NCBI RefSeq assembly: GCF_055900595.2 | Contig: NZ_CM148325.1 | Direction: 5' to 3' (one strand) | Length of the DNA stretch: 64,000 bases | Shown: in pieces, positions 59,624 to 64,000 of the stretch | Numbering within the stretch: position 1 is the stretch's first letter | Layout of the letters: every line of letters begins with the position of its first letter | Notes under the pieces: generated by a model | Told to the model about the DNA's origin: nothing | What the model saw: the letters and a program-made list of their open reading frames with translations, nothing else | Database searches by the model: none | Translations under genes and position numbers: made by a program

Positions 59624-59971
59624 ATGAAGACGTTTTTCAGAACAGTGTTATTCGGCAGCTTGATGGCCGTCTGCGCAAACAGTTACGCGCTCAGCGAGTC
59701 TGAAGCCGAAGATATGGCCGATTTAACGGCAGTTTTTGTCTTTCTGAAGAACGATTGTGGTTACCAGAACTTACCAAACGGGCAGATTCGTCGCGCACTG
59801 GTCTTTTTCGCCCAGCAAAACCAGTGGGATCTCAGCAACTACGATACCTTCGACATGAAAGCCCTCGGTGAAGACAGCTACCGCGATCTCAGCGGCATCG
59901 GCATTCCCGTCGCTAAAAAATGCAAAGCCCTGGCTCGCGATTCCTTAAGCCTGCTTGCCTACGTCAAATAA
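59624..59971 (+). CDS. yacC: PulS/OutS-like small secreted protein
   Basis: 115 aa from MKTFFRTVLFGSLMAVCANSYA (signal peptide); divergent from cueO. Confidence 0.8.
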   Translation: MKTFFRTVLFGSLMAVCANSYALSESEAEDMADLTAVFVFLKNDCGYQNLPNGQIRRALVFFAQQNQWDLSNYDTFDMKALGEDSYRDLSGIGIPVAKKCKALARDSLSLLAYVK

Positions 59972-60076
59972 TCCCTGATACCTTTTTGTAGAAATATTGA
60001 CCGTGCATCCGCGGTCAATGTTAGCTATTATGTTGCGCCCTTTTTTTACGGGTGTTAACAAAGGAGGTATCAACCC

Positions 60077-60943
60077 ATGGCCGAAAAAAAACAGTGGCAT
60101 GAAACGCTACACGACCAGTTTGGGCAGTACTTTGCTGTAGATAACGTTCTGTATCATGAAAAGACCGATCACCAGGATCTGATCATTTTTGAGAACACTG
60201 CATTTGGTCGCGTAATGGCGCTGGATGGCGTAGTACAAACCACCGAGCGCGACGAGTTTATCTATCATGAGATGATGACCCACGTTCCGCTATTAGCCCA
60301 CGGTCACGCGAAACATGTGCTGATTATCGGCGGCGGCGACGGTGCCATGCTGCGTGAAGTGACCCGACATAAAAACGTTGAGTCAATCACGATGGTGGAA
60401 ATCGATGCGGGTGTCGTGTCGTTCTGCCGTCAGTATCTGCCCAACCATAACGCAGGCAGCTACGACGATCCGCGCTTTAAACTGGTGATCGACGATGGCA
60501 TCAATTTCGTTAATCAAACCAGCCAGACCTTTGATGTCATTATCTCCGACTGCACCGATCCTATCGGTCCCGGCGAAAGTCTCTTCACATCAGCATTTTA
60601 CGCAGGTTGTAAACGCTGCCTGAATCCTGGCGGTGTCTTCGTCGCACAGAACGGCGTCTGCTTTTTACAGCAGGAAGAAGCCATCGACAGCCACCGCAAA
60701 CTCAGCAATTATTTTAGCGATGTCGGCTTTTATCAGGCGGCAATCCCGACCTATTACGGCGGCATCATGACCTTTGCATGGGCGACAGATAACGACGCCT
60801 TACGCCATCTCTCAAGCGAAATTATTCAGGCGCGTTTTCTCGCTTCTGGCCTGAAATGCCGTTATTACAATCCGGCAGTCCATACGGCAGCTTTTGCCTT
60901 ACCTCAGTATCTGCAAGACGCACTGGCCTCACAGCCGTCCTAA
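60077..60943 (+). CDS. speE: spermidine synthase
   Basis: 288-aa [29 protein letters not shown] motif. Confidence 0.92.
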   Translation: MAEKKQWHETLHDQFGQYFAVDNVLYHEKTDHQDLIIFENTAFGRVMALDGVVQTTERDEFIYHEMMTHVPLLAHGHAKHVLIIGGGDGAMLREVTRHKNVESITMVEIDAGVVSFCRQYLPNHNAGSYDDPRFKLVIDDGINFVNQTSQTFDVIISDCTDPIGPGESLFTSAFYAGCKRCLNPGGVFVAQNGVCFLQQEEAIDSHRKLSNYFSDVGFYQAAIPTYYGGIMTFAWATDNDALRHLSSEIIQARFLASGLKCRYYNPAVHTAAFALPQYLQDALASQPS

Positions 60944-60958
60944 GGAGAAGATAAGAAA

Positions 60959-61753
60959 TTGAAAAAACTGAAACTGCATGGCTTTAATAATCTGACCAAA
61001 AGTCTGAGTTTTTGTATTTACGATATCTGCTATGCCAAAACTGCCGAAGAGCGCGACGGTTATATCGCTTATATCGATGAACTCTATAATGCCAACCGCC
61101 TGACCGAAATTCTGTCAGAAACCTGTTCCATTATCGGAGCCAATATTCTTAACATCGCCCGCCAGGATTACGAACCACAGGGTGCCAGCGTCACTATTCT
61201 GGTGAGTGAAGAACCGGTCGACCCGAAACTTATCGACAAAACAGAACACCCCGGCCCATTGCCAGAAACGGTCGTTGCCCATCTCGATAAAAGTCATATT
61301 TGCGTACATACCTATCCGGAAAGCCATCCTGAAGGCGGTTTATGTACCTTCCGCGCTGATATTGAAGTCTCAACCTGCGGCGTGATTTCTCCGTTGAAGG
61401 CGCTGAATTACCTGATCCACCAGCTTGAATCCGATATCGTGACCATTGATTATCGCGTGCGCGGTTTTACCCGCGACATTAACGGTATGAAGCACTTTAT
61501 CGACCATGAGATTAATTCGATTCAGAACTTTATGTCCGAGGATATGAAGGCGCTGTATGACATGGTGGATGTGAACGTCTATCAGGAAAATATCTTCCAT
61601 ACAAAAATGTTGCTTAAAGAGTTCGACCTTAAGCACTACATGTTCCACACTAAACCGGAAGATTTAACCGACAGCGAGCGCCAGGAAATTACCGCTGCGC
61701 TGTGGAAAGAAATGCGCGAGATTTATTACGGGCGCAATATGCCAGCTGTTTAA
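60959..61753 (+). CDS. speD: S-adenosylmethionine decarboxylase proenzyme
   Basis: 264-aa ORF starting at TTG (59-61 of line: ttg aaa aaa ctg), [25 protein letters not shown]. Confidence 0.9.
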   Translation: MKKLKLHGFNNLTKSLSFCIYDICYAKTAEERDGYIAYIDELYNANRLTEILSETCSIIGANILNIARQDYEPQGASVTILVSEEPVDPKLIDKTEHPGPLPETVVAHLDKSHICVHTYPESHPEGGLCTFRADIEVSTCGVISPLKALNYLIHQLESDIVTIDYRVRGFTRDINGMKHFIDHEINSIQNFMSEDMKALYDMVDVNVYQENIFHTKMLLKEFDLKHYMFHTKPEDLTDSERQEITAALWKEMREIYYGRNMPAV

Positions 61754-61758
61754 CGACT

Positions 61759-61783
61759 CAGGCGGAGCACAGAGGCTCCGCCT
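61759..61783. terminator. bidirectional hairpin between convergent speD and yacL
   Basis: AGGCGGAGC-ACAGAG-GCTCCGCCT. Confidence 0.6.
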
Positions 61784-61790
61784 GATTAAT

Positions 61791-62153
61791 CTACTTCTGC
61801 TGCACAAAATCGCGATAAGCCGCTACTACCTGCAAGAAGTCCTCAACGCCGCACAGCGACAGGCTTTCCTCGTCGTAGTAGTTCATCCCCTCTTCCATTT
61901 CATCGCCAGCGAATTCCAGTTGATTGGCGCGAACCATCACCTCTTCGCCGTCCATCCACAGGGTGTATTCATGCCCTGCCCGTTGCCAGGAACGTTCGCT
62001 GCCTTTGAGCGTGCGCGCTGCGTCTTCCACTTCGTCAAGCAAGGCCAGGTTTTCTTTCACCTCTTCATTAAACCAGTGCCCGATGACTTCATGCCCCATG
62101 GACATGCGCACCTTTACCACTCCGGTTACATCACGCAGAAATTCGTAATCCAT
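61791..62153 (-). CDS. yacL: UPF0231 family protein
   Basis: 120 aa from [28 protein letters not shown]; the ORF extends 25 codons upstream. Confidence 0.8.
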   Translation of the reverse strand: MDYEFLRDVTGVVKVRMSMGHEVIGHWFNEEVKENLALLDEVEDAARTLKGSERSWQRAGHEYTLWMDGEEVMVRANQLEFAGDEMEEGMNYYDEESLSLCGVEDFLQVVAAYRDFVQQK

Positions 62154-62254
62154 AGTATGTTCCTCTGCTCCTGGCAATGCGCCAATACTGCATTGCACCT
62201 TAGGTTTAATTATCGCAGTACTATGCAAGAATAAAAGGTGGAAAAGGATAAGGA

Positions 62255-62294
62255 ATAAAAATAAACCCCCTTTCCTTGAGCAAAAAGGGGGTTT
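62255..62294 (-). terminator. intrinsic terminator after acnB
   Basis: AAACCCCCTT-loop-AAGGGGGTTT followed on the minus strand by TTATTTTTATT. Confidence 0.7.
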
Positions 62295-62349
62295 AAAGAA
62301 GTGTTGCTTGTCAGGTATTCAGGATAACACCTGAGCTATTTTCAGGCTG

Positions 62350-64000
62350 TTACACCGCAGTCTGGAAAATCACCCCATCCGCTTTTTCGGTGTACTGAGA
62401 AAGCTGGTTGAAGTTCAGATAACGGTAAGTATCAACGGCTGTTTTATCTACCTGCGCCACGTAGGTCTGGTACTCTTCCGGTGTCGGCAGTTTGCCAATC
62501 AGCGCCGCAACAGCAGCCAGTTCAGCAGAAGCCAGGAAGACATTCGCGCCAGTACCCAGACGGTTCGGGAAGTTACGGGTAGAGGTGGAAACCACCGTCG
62601 CACCGTCTGCTACACGCGCCTGGTTACCCATACACAGGGAACAGCCAGGTATCTCGATACGCGCACCGCTCTTACCGAAGACGCTGTAGTAGCCTTCTTC
62701 GGTCAACTGCGCGGCGTCCATACGGGTTGGCGGTGCCACCCACAGGCGGGTCGGTAGCTGACCTTTATGCGCATCCAGCAGTTTACCGGCGGCACGGAAG
62801 TGACCGATGTTGGTCATGCAAGAACCGATAAACACTTCGTCGATTTTCTCGCCCTGTACCGCAGACAGCGGACGTGCGTCGTCCGGGTCGTTCGGTGCAC
62901 AGAGGATTGGCTCTTTGATATCCGCCAGATCGATGTCGATTACTGCTGCGTATTCTGCATCAGCATCGGCTTCCAGCAGCTCAGGATTCGCCAACCATTT
63001 TTCCATACCCTGAATACGACGTTCCAGGGTACGACGATCGCCATAACCTTCCGCGATCATCCACTTCAGCAGGACGATGTTAGAGTTCAGGTATTCGATG
63101 ATCGGTTCTTTGTTCAGCTTGATGGTACAACCGGCAGCAGAACGCTCGGCGGACGCATCGGTCAGCTCAAAGGCCTGCTCAACTTTCAGATCCGGCAGAC
63201 CTTCAATTTCCAGAATGCGACCAGAGAAGATGTTTTTCTTGCCTTTCTTCTCAACGGTCAGCAGACCTTGTTTGATCGCATACAGCGGAATGGCGTGTAC
63301 CAGATCGCGCAGGGTGATGCCCGGCTGCATTTTGCCTTTGAAGCGAACCAGAACGGATTCTGGCATATCCAGCGGCATTACGCCTGTTGCAGCTGCAAAT
63401 GCCACCAGACCAGAGCCCGCCGGGAAAGAGATACCGATCGGGAAACGGGTATGGGAGTCACCGCCAGTACCGACGGTATCCGGCAGCAGCATACGGTTCA
63501 GCCAGGAGTGAATTACGCCGTCACCCGGACGCAGCGACACACCGCCACGGTTCATGATGAAGTCCGGCAGCGTGTGGTGAGTGTTAACGTCAACTGGTTT
63601 CGGATAAGCCGCTGTGTGACAGAAAGACTGCATCACCAGGTCAGCCGAGAAGCCCAGGCACGCCAGGTCTTTCAGTTCATCACGGGTCATTGGACCGGTG
63701 GTGTCCTGAGAACCGACTGAGGTCATTTTCGGTTCGCAGTACGCGCCCGGACGAATGCCTTTCACGCCGCAGGCACGACCGACCATTTTCTGCGCCAGCG
63801 AGAAGCCGCGATCGCTCTCAGCGACATCTTTCGCCTGACGGAACACATCGCTGTGCGGCAGGCCGAGTGCTTCACGCGCTTTGGTGGTCAGGCCACGCCC
63901 GATAATCAGCGGAATACGGCCGCCAGCACGCACTTCATCAATCAGCACGTCGGTTTTCAGTTCGAAGGTCGCCAGCAGTTCGCCGGTTTCGTGGTTACGC
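62350..64000 (-). CDS. acnB: aconitate hydratase B, C-terminal part (gene continues beyond window end)
   Basis: Frame open to the window edge; C-terminus ...[26 protein letters not shown]...[12 protein letters not shown]; aconitase catalytic domain motifs. Confidence 0.9.
   Translation of the reverse strand, partial: RNHETGELLATFELKTDVLIDEVRAGGRIPLIIGRGLTTKAREALGLPHSDVFRQAKDVAESDRGFSLAQKMVGRACGVKGIRPGAYCEPKMTSVGSQDTTGPMTRDELKDLACLGFSADLVMQSFCHTAAYPKPVDVNTHHTLPDFIMNRGGVSLRPGDGVIHSWLNRMLLPDTVGTGGDSHTRFPIGISFPAGSGLVAFAAATGVMPLDMPESVLVRFKGKMQPGITLRDLVHAIPLYAIKQGLLTVEKKGKKNIFSGRILEIEGLPDLKVEQAFELTDASAERSAAGCTIKLNKEPIIEYLNSNIVLLKWMIAEGYGDRRTLERRIQGMEKWLANPELLEADADAEYAAVIDIDLADIKEPILCAPNDPDDARPLSAVQGEKIDEVFIGSCMTNIGHFRAAGKLLDAHKGQLPTRLWVAPPTRMDAAQLTEEGYYSVFGKSGARIEIPGCSLCMGNQARVADGATVVSTSTRNFPNRLGTGANVFLASAELAAVAALIGKLPTPEEYQTYVAQVDKTAVDTYRYLNFNQLSQYTEKADGVIFQTAV

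Noticed and set aside
62767-63720. 317-aa ORF on the plus strand
   Set aside because: Antisense to acnB; arginine/cysteine-rich composition characteristic of spurious antisense frames

Overview
This window reads as a contiguous stretch of Escherichia coli core chromosome, colinear with the K-12 acnB-to-cdsA interval but in reverse-complement orientation. I call 57 protein-coding genes (acnB is cut by the window edge), each with a positional counterpart in K-12. I found no rRNA, tRNA, CRISPR array, IS element, integrase or prophage, and no convincing novel multi-gene system. The two stretches that look non-K-12 are (1) fhuA, which appears to be a mosaic, lower-GC, shorter allele between K-12-like fhuC and mrcB, and (2) the seven-gene chaperone-usher fimbrial operon at the yad locus between folK and panB, together with a divergent folK 3' end and a 503-bp AT-rich leader. 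Smaller features are an ERIC element, two REP clusters, intrinsic terminators, the degP sigma-E promoter, a Fur box upstream of fhuA, a CueR operator upstream of cueO, and non-ATG starts for pcnB, speD, panC and hrpB. All comparisons to K-12 are from memory and no database search was run, so allele-level claims need alignment to confirm.
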